In this document: positions 9,986-19,795 of the stretch, one piece after another
How positions within the stretch are numbered: the first letter of the stretch is position 1
Layout: every line of letters begins with the position of its first letter
Assembly: GCA_028716945.1 (NCBI GenBank)
Contig: JAQUOT010000002.1
Span: 194,202-258,201, forward strand
Reading direction: 5' to 3'
Length of the DNA stretch: 64,000 bases
Source of the DNA: Candidatus Nanoarchaeia archaeon
GTDB taxonomy: Archaea; Nanobdellota; Nanobdellia; SCGC-AAA011-G17; JAFCDX01
The notes under the pieces: generated by a model
The model's input: the letters and a program-made list of their open reading frames with translations, nothing else
Databases searched by the model: none
Told to the model about the DNA's origin: nothing
Made by a program: the position numbers and the translations under genes

Positions 9986-11797
9986 CTAATATTTTTCTAT
10001 ACTTACTGCAACTCTTTTTAAATTAGCTTCTCCTGTAATGTCCAATTCTAATGGAAATAATCTATTTATTAACAATTCTGTAAAATGGAATGGAGCTACT
10101 AACAAACCAGAAGGAATATCTTCATTTATTTTTATATTTGCAATAACTTCTCCAACTTTTGAGTTTATTATTACTAAATCATTCTCTTTTAAGTTTAAAT
10201 TTATTGCATCTTGTTTATTAATTAAAATAAAAGGCTTTTTTTGTGCTTTTGTTAACGTTTTTGATCTTGAACTTAACTCATCTGCACAGAATCTATATTG
10301 ACATCTTTCTGTTGTCAAAACAAAAGGATATTTTTTAGATGTTTTTTCTTCTATATGAGAAAATTCTACAGGAGTAAAATCTGTTGTTTTTATTTTATAT
10401 TTTACAAACTTTCCATTTTCATTCTCTTTTATTTCATTTAAATTTGAATATCCAGGAAGTTTTTTAATGTCTTTCCAAATATCATTAATATTATTATATT
10501 TATAATTTAATTTGAATCTATTTGCTAGTTCTTTCATAATTAACCAGGAAGGTTTTGAATTATACATTGGTTTTATTACCTGATCAAAATGTCTTATTCT
10601 TGATTCTGCATTTGTAAAAGTTCCTTCTTGTTCAAAACTAGTACAACAAGGTAAAATAACATTAGCATATTTTGCTGTTTCATTTGGAAAAGGACTTATT
10701 AAAACTATAAACATTTTTTCAAATCTTTTTCTTATTAGATTTAAATTTGGTAATGATTTTGCAGGATCCATATTCATAACAAATAAAGATTTAACAGGAT
10801 TTTCCATTCCTAAAGCTCTAACCATTGTTCTTCCATTTTTTAAAGGAACACATTGCATATCAGAAACACCTTGAATATTTGTTTTACCTCTCATTGAAAC
10901 TATTTTTCCATTTTTAGCTAGAACTAAATTAATTGCAGAAAATATTGAGTTAGAACCATAACTATGCTGTGTTAAACCCATACCAAAACCAAATAAAAAG
11001 TTTTTAGATTTGGAAATCATTAAAGCTAATTTTTTAATTTCATCTTTTGAGCATTTACAAATACTTTCTACGTGTTCTATGTTGTATCTTTTTAATATTT
11101 CTCTTAGTTCTTCATCAACATCAACTTTATCCCATTCTACTAATAGATTTAAAACACAATTTAATAATGCAATATCAGTGGAAGCTTCTATTTTAATAAA
11201 TAAGTCAGCATAATGAGCGGTTTCATTTTTGAATGGTCCAACATATATTAATTTACAACCTGCTTTTTTTGCTTTTAGTATTCTATTGAATATTATAGGA
11301 TAGGTAAATAATGGATTTGTTCCCATTAACAAAATACAATCTGCTTTTTCATAGTCTTCAAATTTAGAAGGCATTCTTGTTATTCCAAATGCTCTAAAAA
11401 AAGCATAACAACTTGCTGCATGACATATTCTTGCACAGGAATCTATATTATCTGTATCAAAATAATCTCTTGCAAACTTTTGAAATAAAAAACAATCTTC
11501 ATTTGAGCTTGGAGAACTGGCTAGAAAAGCTATATCTGTCTTGTAAATGTCTTTTGTTTTTTTGTATATATAATCGTAAGCATTTTTCCAGCTAGTTTTT
11601 ACAAATTTATTTCCTTTTTTTATTAAAGGCTGCTTTATTCTGTCTTTTGCCTCTAAAATTTCATAAGAAGTTAAGCCTTTTACACAGGGATTTCCAGAAC
11701 TGACATAATCATGAGGATCTCTATTAAATACGATTTTATTGTCTTTCTTTATTTTTAATGAACATCCACAACCGCAATAAGGGCAAATAGTTCTCAA
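9986..11797 (-). CDS. molybdopterin (bis-MGD) oxidoreductase, formate-dehydrogenase-alpha-like
   Basis: N-terminal 4Fe-4S motif MRTICPYCGCGCSLKI. 603 aa. No partner subunits adjacent. Confidence 0.75.
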   Translation of the reverse strand: MRTICPYCGCGCSLKIKKDNKIVFNRDPHDYVSSGNPCVKGLTSYEILEAKDRIKQPLIKKGNKFVKTSWKNAYDYIYKKTKDIYKTDIAFLASSPSSNEDCFLFQKFARDYFDTDNIDSCARICHAASCYAFFRAFGITRMPSKFEDYEKADCILLMGTNPLFTYPIIFNRILKAKKAGCKLIYVGPFKNETAHYADLFIKIEASTDIALLNCVLNLLVEWDKVDVDEELREILKRYNIEHVESICKCSKDEIKKLALMISKSKNFLFGFGMGLTQHSYGSNSIFSAINLVLAKNGKIVSMRGKTNIQGVSDMQCVPLKNGRTMVRALGMENPVKSLFVMNMDPAKSLPNLNLIRKRFEKMFIVLISPFPNETAKYANVILPCCTSFEQEGTFTNAESRIRHFDQVIKPMYNSKPSWLIMKELANRFKLNYKYNNINDIWKDIKKLPGYSNLNEIKENENGKFVKYKIKTTDFTPVEFSHIEEKTSKKYPFVLTTERCQYRFCADELSSRSKTLTKAQKKPFILINKQDAINLNLKENDLVIINSKVGEVIANIKINEDIPSGLLVAPFHFTELLINRLFPLELDITGEANLKRVAVSIEKY

Positions 11798-11887
11798 TGT
11801 AACACCTCTTGTTATCTATTATTTATTAGTATTTATAATGGTTTTCTTTTTAGAAAGATATAAAAGGAGGGTTTGGTTTAAGTTGAT

Positions 11888-12097
11888 ATGGCTTATTCAG
11901 ATTTTATTACAAATTTAAAAATAAATCAAAATGTACTCGTATTAGCTATCTTTCTTATAAGCTTAGGTTTTTCTGAAGTTTATTCCTTAAACTATTTGTT
12001 TTGGATATCTTTATTTGGTTCTTATATAATTGGAATATTTGTAATAATTTCTATGGTTGCTTATACCTACAACTATTCTAAAGGAAAATTAAAATGA
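11888..12097 (+). CDS. small membrane protein
   Basis: Two predicted TM helices. First of three ATGA-overlapping small ORFs. Confidence 0.4.
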   Translation: MAYSDFITNLKINQNVLVLAIFLISLGFSEVYSLNYLFWISLFGSYIIGIFVIISMVAYTYNYSKGKLK

Positions 12098-12264
12098 GTG
12101 AAGAAATTTCTATAATTATTGCTATTTGTATAGCTTTCTTTAATTTTGGAGCATTATTATTTGGTAGAACCTTTTTAAACGAAGAAACTAATAAAATATT
12201 AAAATATGTTAATATATTAAGAAATATAGGATTATTAAAAGAAACTGAAGATATTAAAAGATGA
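12094..12264 (+). CDS. small membrane protein (56 aa)
   Basis: Start overlaps the previous stop (ATGA) and its stop overlaps the next start (ATGA). Confidence 0.3.
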   Translation: MSEEISIIIAICIAFFNFGALLFGRTFLNEETNKILKYVNILRNIGLLKETEDIKR

Positions 12265-12518
12265 AAAATAAAACATTATCCAAAAAATGGAGTATTATTA
12301 AAGATTTTTTTAAATATGTATGGAGTGGTAAAATAGCAAATGATGATAGATTTCAATTTACTATGACAACTGCTTTATATACCTCTACTATGATTCTTGT
12401 CATACAAATTATGTTAGATTATTTAACTTTACCACAAAAAGCATTTTTATTATTTTTAATGATTATTCTTACGTCCATTGTAATATGTTGGTATCATTAT
12501 AAACTTAATAAAAAATGA
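12261..12518 (+). CDS. small membrane protein
   Basis: 85 aa with two TM segments. Confidence 0.4.
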   Translation: MKNKTLSKKWSIIKDFFKYVWSGKIANDDRFQFTMTTALYTSTMILVIQIMLDYLTLPQKAFLLFLMIILTSIVICWYHYKLNKK

Positions 12519-12700
12519 GTATTCCAAAACCCTTTCCACCCTTGCCGTCTCTTAAAGAATATTCCATAAATAAGTAAAGAATATCTAACTTTTAAGGCTT
12601 GCTACTTAAGAAATCTTCATTTTAAGTATTATTCATTAGTGATGAAAAATATGTTATTTAGTATATAAATCCTTAAAAATAATAAGCCCGTAAAAAAGGT

Positions 12701-13288
12701 ATGACCCATAAATGGAAAGATAAAATAAAACCTGTAGATCCAGCACAAATGCCGGTTCAAACTAATATTCCAGTAGACCCTAATTTAATGACTTTTGGAG
12801 ATATGAAAAGCTTTCCACCAAGACAATTTATAGAAAAATATGAAAGGTGGTGTCCAAAATCAAATGCAGAATATTGTGGCAGAGGAAAAAATTTTTTAAA
12901 TTTTAAAAATCAAAAAGCGCTTGAATCAGTTTTAAAAGCCATTAAAAAATTTAAAAATGAATTTACAATAAGAGATATTATAAGAACTTTAAATGCGGAA
13001 CATTTAACTGATGGCTCTTTACAAAGAAGGGTATTATCTTATTTAGTTTGTAAAGGAATTATAAACAAAAAAAGAATAGAAATTAATAAAAAAGACGAGA
13101 AACTTAAAAAGCCAAAATATTTATTTACAATAGTTAAAGAACCAAAAGAGTGTGAATATTTAAAATTAATAACCTTTACTAAAGGTAGACTAAAAGGAAA
13201 ACAAAAATTAACTTGTACTTTAGATTGGACAAATGAATCTGAAGAGACACGTTATTTTGATGAAAATGATGATGGAGAATTATTTTAA
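12701..13288 (+). CDS. hypothetical protein
   Basis: 195-aa ORF. Confidence 0.45.
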   Translation: MTHKWKDKIKPVDPAQMPVQTNIPVDPNLMTFGDMKSFPPRQFIEKYERWCPKSNAEYCGRGKNFLNFKNQKALESVLKAIKKFKNEFTIRDIIRTLNAEHLTDGSLQRRVLSYLVCKGIINKKRIEINKKDEKLKKPKYLFTIVKEPKECEYLKLITFTKGRLKGKQKLTCTLDWTNESEETRYFDENDDGELF

Positions 13289-13309
13289 TTTTTTTAAAAA
13301 TAAATAAAA

Positions 13310-13576
13310 ATGAGCGATAATTTTTTTATTGATTTGTTAAAGATGTTATTATTAATTTCAGTACTTATAGTGATAAATAAGGCTTGTCATAATGAACCCT
13401 TAAATATTACAAATTTTAGTGATTTTGAAACAGATTCTAAAAATGCTATGGAAAACACAACAATTGTTGCTGAAAAAGTTTTTAATACTTCTCTTTGGGA
13501 CGAAAAAATAAATAAAACTGGAGAATTTATTTCAGAAATTGTAAATAATAATTCAACAAAAAATGAAACTCTCTAA
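13310..13576 (+). CDS. small secreted protein
   Basis: N-terminal hydrophobic signal. Confidence 0.3.
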   Translation: MSDNFFIDLLKMLLLISVLIVINKACHNEPLNITNFSDFETDSKNAMENTTIVAEKVFNTSLWDEKINKTGEFISEIVNNNSTKNETL

Positions 13577-13691
13577 AGGTTACAGCATTACAAAACCCTT
13601 TACGCCTAGATGGTTTATATTTGTAGGCTCGATTTTTCTAATTATATGCTCTTTAATCGCTTTAATTAGATATTATTTGAAATAATATTAA

Positions 13692-14099
13692 TTATTGTCT
13701 ATATCTAATCCAAAGGAAAATTCCTATTCCAAAAGAAAGTATACCTACTATTCCGATTACTAAAGAAACATGCAACCAAAAATATGCTCGTTCAAATAAT
13801 AAACTTTGTGAATTTATCTTAAAGTCTGTAATATTATTTTGAAAATTATAATTTGATTTTGATAATTCTTCTATCTCTTTTGGAAATAAAGGGGTTTGCG
13901 TTTCAACAGAAATCTCTGTAGCCGATTTTAATATGTTATCTGCTTTTTCAGCTTCTTTATCTAATTCGATACTAATTTTATCTAATCTATTTTCTAAAAA
14001 ATAATCTGTTCCAATTTGTATTAAAAAACTAAATAGAATAAGAGTTAATCCCAATGACATTAAAAACTTTCTAGGGTTATCATAATTTATGTTTAACAT
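13692..14099 (-). CDS. membrane protein
   Basis: N- and C-terminal TM helices. Confidence 0.4.
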   Translation of the reverse strand: MLNINYDNPRKFLMSLGLTLILFSFLIQIGTDYFLENRLDKISIELDKEAEKADNILKSATEISVETQTPLFPKEIEELSKSNYNFQNNITDFKINSQSLLFERAYFWLHVSLVIGIVGILSFGIGIFLWIRYRQ

Positions 14100-14214
14100 A
14101 AAATTAGATATGTTTTATTAGAATATAAATCTTTCTCGAAATATTATAGCCCATTACTATTAACACTGATAGAAATTGGAAAATAGAGTTTAGCTAAAAA
14201 AGAAGTTATAATTC

Positions 14215-14967
14215 TTAAGCATTAACCTTCTTAAAGAAATACCCACCTAATATAACAATAAATACAGTAAATCCAACTAATACGATAAAACTTAACAAAG
14301 GATTTATCTCAGACGTTCCTAGTAGTCCATATCTAACACCTTCTACACCATAAGACAAAGGATTAAAATGAGCTATTGTTTTTAATATAATAGGAGCATT
14401 GCTCAAAGGAAATAAAGCCCCTGATAAAAAGAATAATGGAAACATAAGAAAATTCATTATCAACTGAAAACCATGCATATCTTCCATTTTAGAAGCAATA
14501 GCTATTCCTAAAGCAGTAAAAGACAGTCCAATTAGTATCATAAAAACAAATGCAATTAAAAATCCGTATAAACTAAAAGAAGTCAATCCTGCAACAAACA
14601 TTGCCAATATCAAAGTCAATGTTCCCTGAATTAAAGCAGTAGTAGCTCCTCCTATTGTCTGCCCAAACATTATAGAAGTTCTTGAAACAGGAGCAATCAA
14701 AGTTTCTTTCAAAAATCCAAACTGCTTGTCCCATATTATCTGTATTCCTGAAAAAATAGAAGAAAACATTACTGTCATTGAAACTATTCCAGGAACCATA
14801 AATTTAACATAACTTCCAGTACCAGGCAAAGACATAACAGAATTTAAACCAAATCCAAGTATGATTAAAAAGAATAATGGCTGTGCTAAACTTCCAATGA
14901 TTCTGCTTTTAGATCTTATAAATCTTTTAATGCTTCTAAGCCAAAGAGTATAAATAGCACCAGTCAT
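14215..14967 (-). CDS. ABC-2 type transporter permease
   Basis: Six predicted TM helices. Overlaps the ATPase gene by 4 nt. Confidence 0.8.
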   Translation of the reverse strand: MTGAIYTLWLRSIKRFIRSKSRIIGSLAQPLFFLIILGFGLNSVMSLPGTGSYVKFMVPGIVSMTVMFSSIFSGIQIIWDKQFGFLKETLIAPVSRTSIMFGQTIGGATTALIQGTLTLILAMFVAGLTSFSLYGFLIAFVFMILIGLSFTALGIAIASKMEDMHGFQLIMNFLMFPLFFLSGALFPLSNAPIILKTIAHFNPLSYGVEGVRYGLLGTSEINPLLSFIVLVGFTVFIVILGGYFFKKVNA

Positions 14968-15953
14968 CTTCTCATTCTCCTTACTCTAAATTTAAAATTG
15001 TCTTCAGGAGTTGCTTCTTCTTCTCTTATTGTTTTTCCAGTATAATACAAGAATACATCTTCCAAAGTTGGTTTGTTAATAGCTAAAGTATGGATTGTTA
15101 TTTTATTTCTGTCTGCTAGTTTAACTATTTCTGCAACTCTTGTTTCTGCATGCTCTACATTTATTGTTAAAGAACTATTGTGCTCTTTAAATGATTTGCA
15201 AAATTTATATTTTTTTAATATATTTAGTAATTTTTCTCTTTCATTAGTTCCTATTGTAATAATATCTCCACCTATTTTATTTTTTAAATTTGCAGAAGTG
15301 TTTATAGCAACAATTTTACCATTATCTATTATTGCAATTCTATCGCATAATTTATCTGCTTCATCCATGTAATGTGTTGTTAAAATTATTGTAACATTTT
15401 TTTCCTTGTTAAGAACTTTAATATGGGCCCAGATTTTATTTCTTGTTTGTGGATCTAATCCTAGAGTAGGTTCATCTAAAAACAAAACTTTTGGCTCATG
15501 TAATAATCCTCTGGCAATCTCTAATCTTCTTCTCATTCCACCTGAAAAAGTTTTAACTAAATCATTTTTTTTCTTGTCTAATTCAACTAATTGTAATAAT
15601 TCTATTATTTTTTTCTTTCTTTCATTTTTAGGAACATTATATAATCTACCATGGAAATCCATATTTTCGTAAGCAGTTAATTCTTCATCTAAAGTAGGAT
15701 CTTGAAATACCATTCCAATAGAATGTCTTACATTATCTCTTTGTTTTTCTATATCAAAACCATTAACACTAGCTTTTCCTTTAGTAGGACTCAATAATGT
15801 AGCTAGCATAGATAATGTAGTTGTTTTTCCTGCCCCATTAGGACCTAAAAATCCAAATATTTCCCCTTGTTTTACTGAAAAGCTTATATTATCTACAGCT
15901 AGAACTTTATCAAATCTTTTTGTAAGGTTTTTTATCTCTATAATATTTCCCAT
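14964..15953 (-). CDS. ABC transporter ATP-binding protein
   Basis: Walker A GPNGAGKTT, signature LSGGMRRR, Walker B LFLDEPT. Confidence 0.9.
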   Translation of the reverse strand: MGNIIEIKNLTKRFDKVLAVDNISFSVKQGEIFGFLGPNGAGKTTTLSMLATLLSPTKGKASVNGFDIEKQRDNVRHSIGMVFQDPTLDEELTAYENMDFHGRLYNVPKNERKKKIIELLQLVELDKKKNDLVKTFSGGMRRRLEIARGLLHEPKVLFLDEPTLGLDPQTRNKIWAHIKVLNKEKNVTIILTTHYMDEADKLCDRIAIIDNGKIVAINTSANLKNKIGGDIITIGTNEREKLLNILKKYKFCKSFKEHNSSLTINVEHAETRVAEIVKLADRNKITIHTLAINKPTLEDVFLYYTGKTIREEEATPEDNFKFRVRRMRR

Positions 15954-15997
15954 GATATAAAATCCATTAAAAATCTATTTATAAATCTTATTAATAA

Positions 15998-16375
15998 TTA
16001 AAGGTGTTCTTTTATCCAATTAACAAACATTATTGCATTCTTAAAATTATCTTCAGAATCTTGTTTTTTTACTTTAACAGGCCTGTAAGTCATTTTATGT
16101 CTTTCATTTAATAATTTTCTTAACAAGTCTGTTTTTTCTTCTTTAAATTTATTAGCTGCTTCCCTATGCAAATCCAGAGCTTCGTAATGGCTCATGCTTG
16201 CAATTTTTTCCAGATGGTGTATTGTAAAGGCATCATTAGCAGCTATGCAAGCAGTTATGGAATGATCTATAGATGCTTTAAACCTATTTTCATTCATATT
16301 AGACTTAGCACTTTCTATAAATTCAAATGCATCTTCTAATCTAATTTTAGCATTTTCCTTTTTTTCAGACTGCAA
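15998..16375 (-). CDS. HEPN domain protein (putative toxin of a HEPN/MNT pair)
   Basis: 125-aa all-helical protein with an Rx6H-like motif (RKLLNERH). Stop is directly adjacent to the start of the MNT gene. Confidence 0.6.
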   Translation of the reverse strand: MQSEKKENAKIRLEDAFEFIESAKSNMNENRFKASIDHSITACIAANDAFTIHHLEKIASMSHYEALDLHREAANKFKEEKTDLLRKLLNERHKMTYRPVKVKKQDSEDNFKNAIMFVNWIKEHL

Positions 16376-16987
16376 TTAAATCACCTCTAAAACATCTTTT
16401 CCATAAAGAGTTTTGTTATCCTTTATCAAGCTAACTATAGAAGCTTCCTTTTCTTTAAAAAGTTTTTTAAAAATGGCTATATTAATTATATCATAAGAAA
16501 TCAGTATTCCATTGCTGTATTTTTTAATAATATTCTCTATATATTTAGCATCTATCTCTTTATTTATTATTATCATTAAATCTAAATCTGATTTAAAAGT
16601 AAATTTATTTTTTATGGCAGATCCAAAAAGGATTATAGAAACGATGCCTTTTTCTTTTTTTATTTCATCTGCTATTTTTTGTGCAATATGCAAAGCTAAA
16701 TTATTTTCTTTATCAAACAAGTCTATAAGAATGTTTTTAACGAAATAATTTTCTTTGTTTATTGAGATTAATTTTACTTTCCCTTTATTAATTATCTTGA
16801 TTACTCCAGAATCAGCCAGTTCCTTTATTAAAGAAGAGATTCTTACCCTGTGTATATCTGTATTTTTTGCTAATTCATTGATATTATAGTTCCAATTTTC
16901 GTGAAGGCTTAACTCTCTTAAGAGTTTTAATTTATTTCCAGAGTTCAATATATTATCAAGTAACATTTTTGTTACATTATGTAACAT
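16376..16987 (-). CDS. winged-helix domain fused to a minimal nucleotidyltransferase (MNT)
   Basis: N-terminal wHTH, then IILFGSAIKNKFTFKSDLDLMII (GS...DxD nucleotidyltransferase motif). Confidence 0.7.
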   Translation of the reverse strand: MLHNVTKMLLDNILNSGNKLKLLRELSLHENWNYNINELAKNTDIHRVRISSLIKELADSGVIKIINKGKVKLISINKENYFVKNILIDLFDKENNLALHIAQKIADEIKKEKGIVSIILFGSAIKNKFTFKSDLDLMIIINKEIDAKYIENIIKKYSNGILISYDIINIAIFKKLFKEKEASIVSLIKDNKTLYGKDVLEVI

Positions 16988-17010
16988 ATTTGTTATATAT
17001 AAATCTTTTG

Positions 17011-17039
17011 GTTAATCCCTAAAAAGACAAAGATTAACT
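17011..17039. promoter_or_regulatory. inverted repeat GTTAATC-N15-GATTAAC upstream of the MNT/HEPN operon; candidate operator
   Basis: Perfect 7-bp inverted repeat lying in the promoter region next to the TTATATATAAAT element. Confidence 0.25.
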
Positions 17040-17107
17040 TTTAACAGAAAAGCCCATAAATAATAAAATGTTACAATTTATGATAAAACATTAGTTTTGG
17101 AGGAAAA

Positions 17108-17347
17108 ATGGTGCAAGCGATTGTAACTTTAAATAAAAAAGAAGATAGAATATTAAATATAATTAAAGACAAATTTGGTTTAAAAAATAAATCTGAAGCC
17201 ATAAGCTTAATTGTAAATAAATATGAACAAAAATTTTTAGAACCGGAATTAAGACCTGAATTCATAGAAGAAATGAAGAGAATAAAAAAAGAAAAAACTA
17301 TTCCTTTTAAAAGTATAGAAGATTTACGTAAAAGATTTGAAAAATAG
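17108..17347 (+). CDS. small hypothetical protein (79 aa), possibly DNA-binding
   Basis: GGAGG motif 6 nt upstream of the ATG. Charged helical protein. Preferred over the antisense ORF 17071-17406. Confidence 0.45.
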   Translation: MVQAIVTLNKKEDRILNIIKDKFGLKNKSEAISLIVNKYEQKFLEPELRPEFIEEMKRIKKEKTIPFKSIEDLRKRFEK

Positions 17348-17437
17348 GTGTATTCTCCGTAAATAAACTTTCTAAAACAATTACATTTGAAAATTATAAG
17401 CATCACGATGAGATTTATAAAAATCCATTTTAAACAG

Positions 17438-18700
17438 TTATTCGTATCTTAAAGCATCAACAGGATTTAATTTTGAAGCTCTATAAGCAGGAATTGCTCC
17501 AGCTATCATTCCAATTATCATAGAAAATAATAATGCTCCTACAATCAATTGTATATTTACTGCTGATGAACTAAACATTCCTCTAGCCATTCCACTACTT
17601 GTTCCAGCCAATGAATTTATTGAACTTGAAGCAATTATACCTAAGATTACCCCACCTATGCCTCCAATTAATCCAATTAATCCAGAATTTAAAAGAAAAA
17701 TAATCATAATGTCAATATTTCTTGTACCGATAGCTTTCATAATTCCAATCTCTTTAGTTTTTTCCAAAACAGAAGTAAACATTGTATTTGCAATACCTAT
17801 AGCTCCAACAATTAAAGAGATTGCAGCTATTGCTCCCAAAAAAAGGGTCATAGTACTCATGGTTTCTTTCATAGTTTCTTGCATTGCCTCAGGGTTAGAT
17901 ACTGTAAAATCTTTATTTTTTTCTTGTAATATCCCTCTAGATAACATTAATTTTTTTGTTATATCTGAAACAGTCTGATTAGAAATATCCACATCTGCGA
18001 TTTTTACAGAAATAGAATTAAAATCTTTTTCTCCAACATCTTCTAAAATAGCTCTAGCAATATCTATAGGAATATAATATGAAGAACCTTCTTCTAAAAT
18101 TCCAACAACATTAAAAGATTTCCCTGCAATTAATATTTTATTATTAAGAGATACTTCTTTTCCAAAAACAGTTCCAGCTACATTTTTTCCTATAACTACA
18201 GAATAACTATCTCCTTTTGTTAAAAACCTTCCAGAATCAATTGTATCTGTAGTAATATCTTTCCATATAGAGATATCTACTCCATTAACTTTTGCATCTT
18301 TAACTGTTTTCCCAGAATAAGCTATATCTGCGGTTCCAGATATTTGTCCCATAACTAATTTTACATTTGGAGTTGCTTTTATTACAGTTACGTCTCTTGC
18401 AGTTAAATTTTTTGATTCAGTAGTACTAGATATACTACTTCCTCTGCCTTCTCCAGGTCCTCCTTCTCCACCACCAAAACCTCCTCCCATAGCTCTTTGC
18501 ATACCTTTAGTTACTGTAAGAACATCTGCACCCAAACTTCCAAGTCTTTCTTCTAATTGTTGTTGTGCTCCTAAACTTATAGAAATAATACTAACAACTG
18601 CGGCAATTCCAATTACAATTCCTATAATAGTTAACCAGCTTCTTAATTTACTATGAATAAAAATATTAAGAGCAAGTTGAAAACATTTTTTAAATTTCAT
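17438..18700 (-). CDS. ABC transporter permease, FtsX/MacB-like
   Basis: N-terminal TM, large extracytoplasmic domain, then a C-terminal three-TM FtsX bundle. Confidence 0.85.
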   Translation of the reverse strand: MKFKKCFQLALNIFIHSKLRSWLTIIGIVIGIAAVVSIISISLGAQQQLEERLGSLGADVLTVTKGMQRAMGGGFGGGEGGPGEGRGSSISSTTESKNLTARDVTVIKATPNVKLVMGQISGTADIAYSGKTVKDAKVNGVDISIWKDITTDTIDSGRFLTKGDSYSVVIGKNVAGTVFGKEVSLNNKILIAGKSFNVVGILEEGSSYYIPIDIARAILEDVGEKDFNSISVKIADVDISNQTVSDITKKLMLSRGILQEKNKDFTVSNPEAMQETMKETMSTMTLFLGAIAAISLIVGAIGIANTMFTSVLEKTKEIGIMKAIGTRNIDIMIIFLLNSGLIGLIGGIGGVILGIIASSSINSLAGTSSGMARGMFSSSAVNIQLIVGALLFSMIIGMIAGAIPAYRASKLNPVDALRYE

Positions 18701-18702
18701 TT

Positions 18703-19794
18703 TTAGGATTGTTTCTTTTTGTCCTTGATTTGGGTATTAACAATCCATCCTGGGGTAGGACCTGCATTATGAATAATGGTTTTTTCTTTTTTAAATATTC
18801 TTTTAACTTTAATGAATATGTCTCTTAATGTTTTCTTTGTCTTTTCTGGGTATTTTCTGTATAAAAAATATACGATTATTAAAATAACTAAAATTATAAT
18901 CCATTTATACCAACTAATTCCAGAAGATTTTGCTTGTCTTCCTGCAGCAAAATTTCCAGTCATACCCAGCATAGAAGAATTTGTCATAGATAAAGGAATT
19001 TCCATCATTACTATTCTTCTTTCACCAATATTATCTGTATAATAAATATCAAATTTTAATTTATTAGAAAAACTTTTAAAATTAGCTGATTCATTTACCT
19101 TCATAGTCTTTGAATTTTCAACTACTGGACCCCCTTTTTTTTGAATTGTAAATGCAACCAAAGTATAATCTCCACTTTCTAAATTTCCTACCATTTGGCC
19201 GTTGGTACCACTGACTGAAAAAGAGTCTTGTTCAGGAACTCTAACAATAACTGAATTAGCAGTATACTTTCCAACATTAGCTATAGCAATAGAAACTTCA
19301 GAACCAGTACTTTCTTGTAATACTGCATCAAATTCTGTTTGTACATCTTCTATAGTAACATTAAATTCATCTCCTATTGTAAAATATTCTGGAGCAAGAC
19401 TGGTTTTTGGATAATAAAACAATTTTATTTTATATTCTCCATCTAAAGCATCTCCAGCAACTTTAACTTTGTAAGGAATAGTCCAAATAGCTTTATAATT
19501 TTCTTTGGAATATAAACTACCTGTTATTGTTTGAATTGGATTTTCATTTGGATCTAAAGAAAACGGATAATTTGGGTTTAACATTACTGAATATCCATTA
19601 CAACCCACCATTGAAGAAGTTTCAAAAGTTAATGTTACATATTCATTTGGAACTGCCGGATTTGGATCTTGATTTACAAGTTTTATTGTAGGATTACAAG
19701 AAGAGTAAACTTTACCAGTACTATATAATCCTGCAGAAACAAAACTAATACTAATTAAAAATAAAATGATTATTCCAATAAAAATATTTTTCAT
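18703..19794 (-). CDS. secreted, C-terminally membrane-anchored protein within the ABC operon
   Basis: Signal peptide, beta-rich ectodomain, TM (WIIILVILIIVYFLY), then a basic tail. Confidence 0.55.
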   Translation of the reverse strand: MKNIFIGIIILFLISISFVSAGLYSTGKVYSSCNPTIKLVNQDPNPAVPNEYVTLTFETSSMVGCNGYSVMLNPNYPFSLDPNENPIQTITGSLYSKENYKAIWTIPYKVKVAGDALDGEYKIKLFYYPKTSLAPEYFTIGDEFNVTIEDVQTEFDAVLQESTGSEVSIAIANVGKYTANSVIVRVPEQDSFSVSGTNGQMVGNLESGDYTLVAFTIQKKGGPVVENSKTMKVNESANFKSFSNKLKFDIYYTDNIGERRIVMMEIPLSMTNSSMLGMTGNFAAGRQAKSSGISWYKWIIILVILIIVYFLYRKYPEKTKKTLRDIFIKVKRIFKKEKTIIHNAGPTPGWIVNTQIKDKKKQS

Positions 19795-19795
19795 A

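Noticed and set aside
17071-17406. 111-aa minus-strand ORF
   Set aside because: Overlaps the better-supported plus-strand 79-aa gene. That gene has GGAGG 6 nt upstream and a coherent charged helical product, while the minus translation is Phe/Leu/Ile noise.
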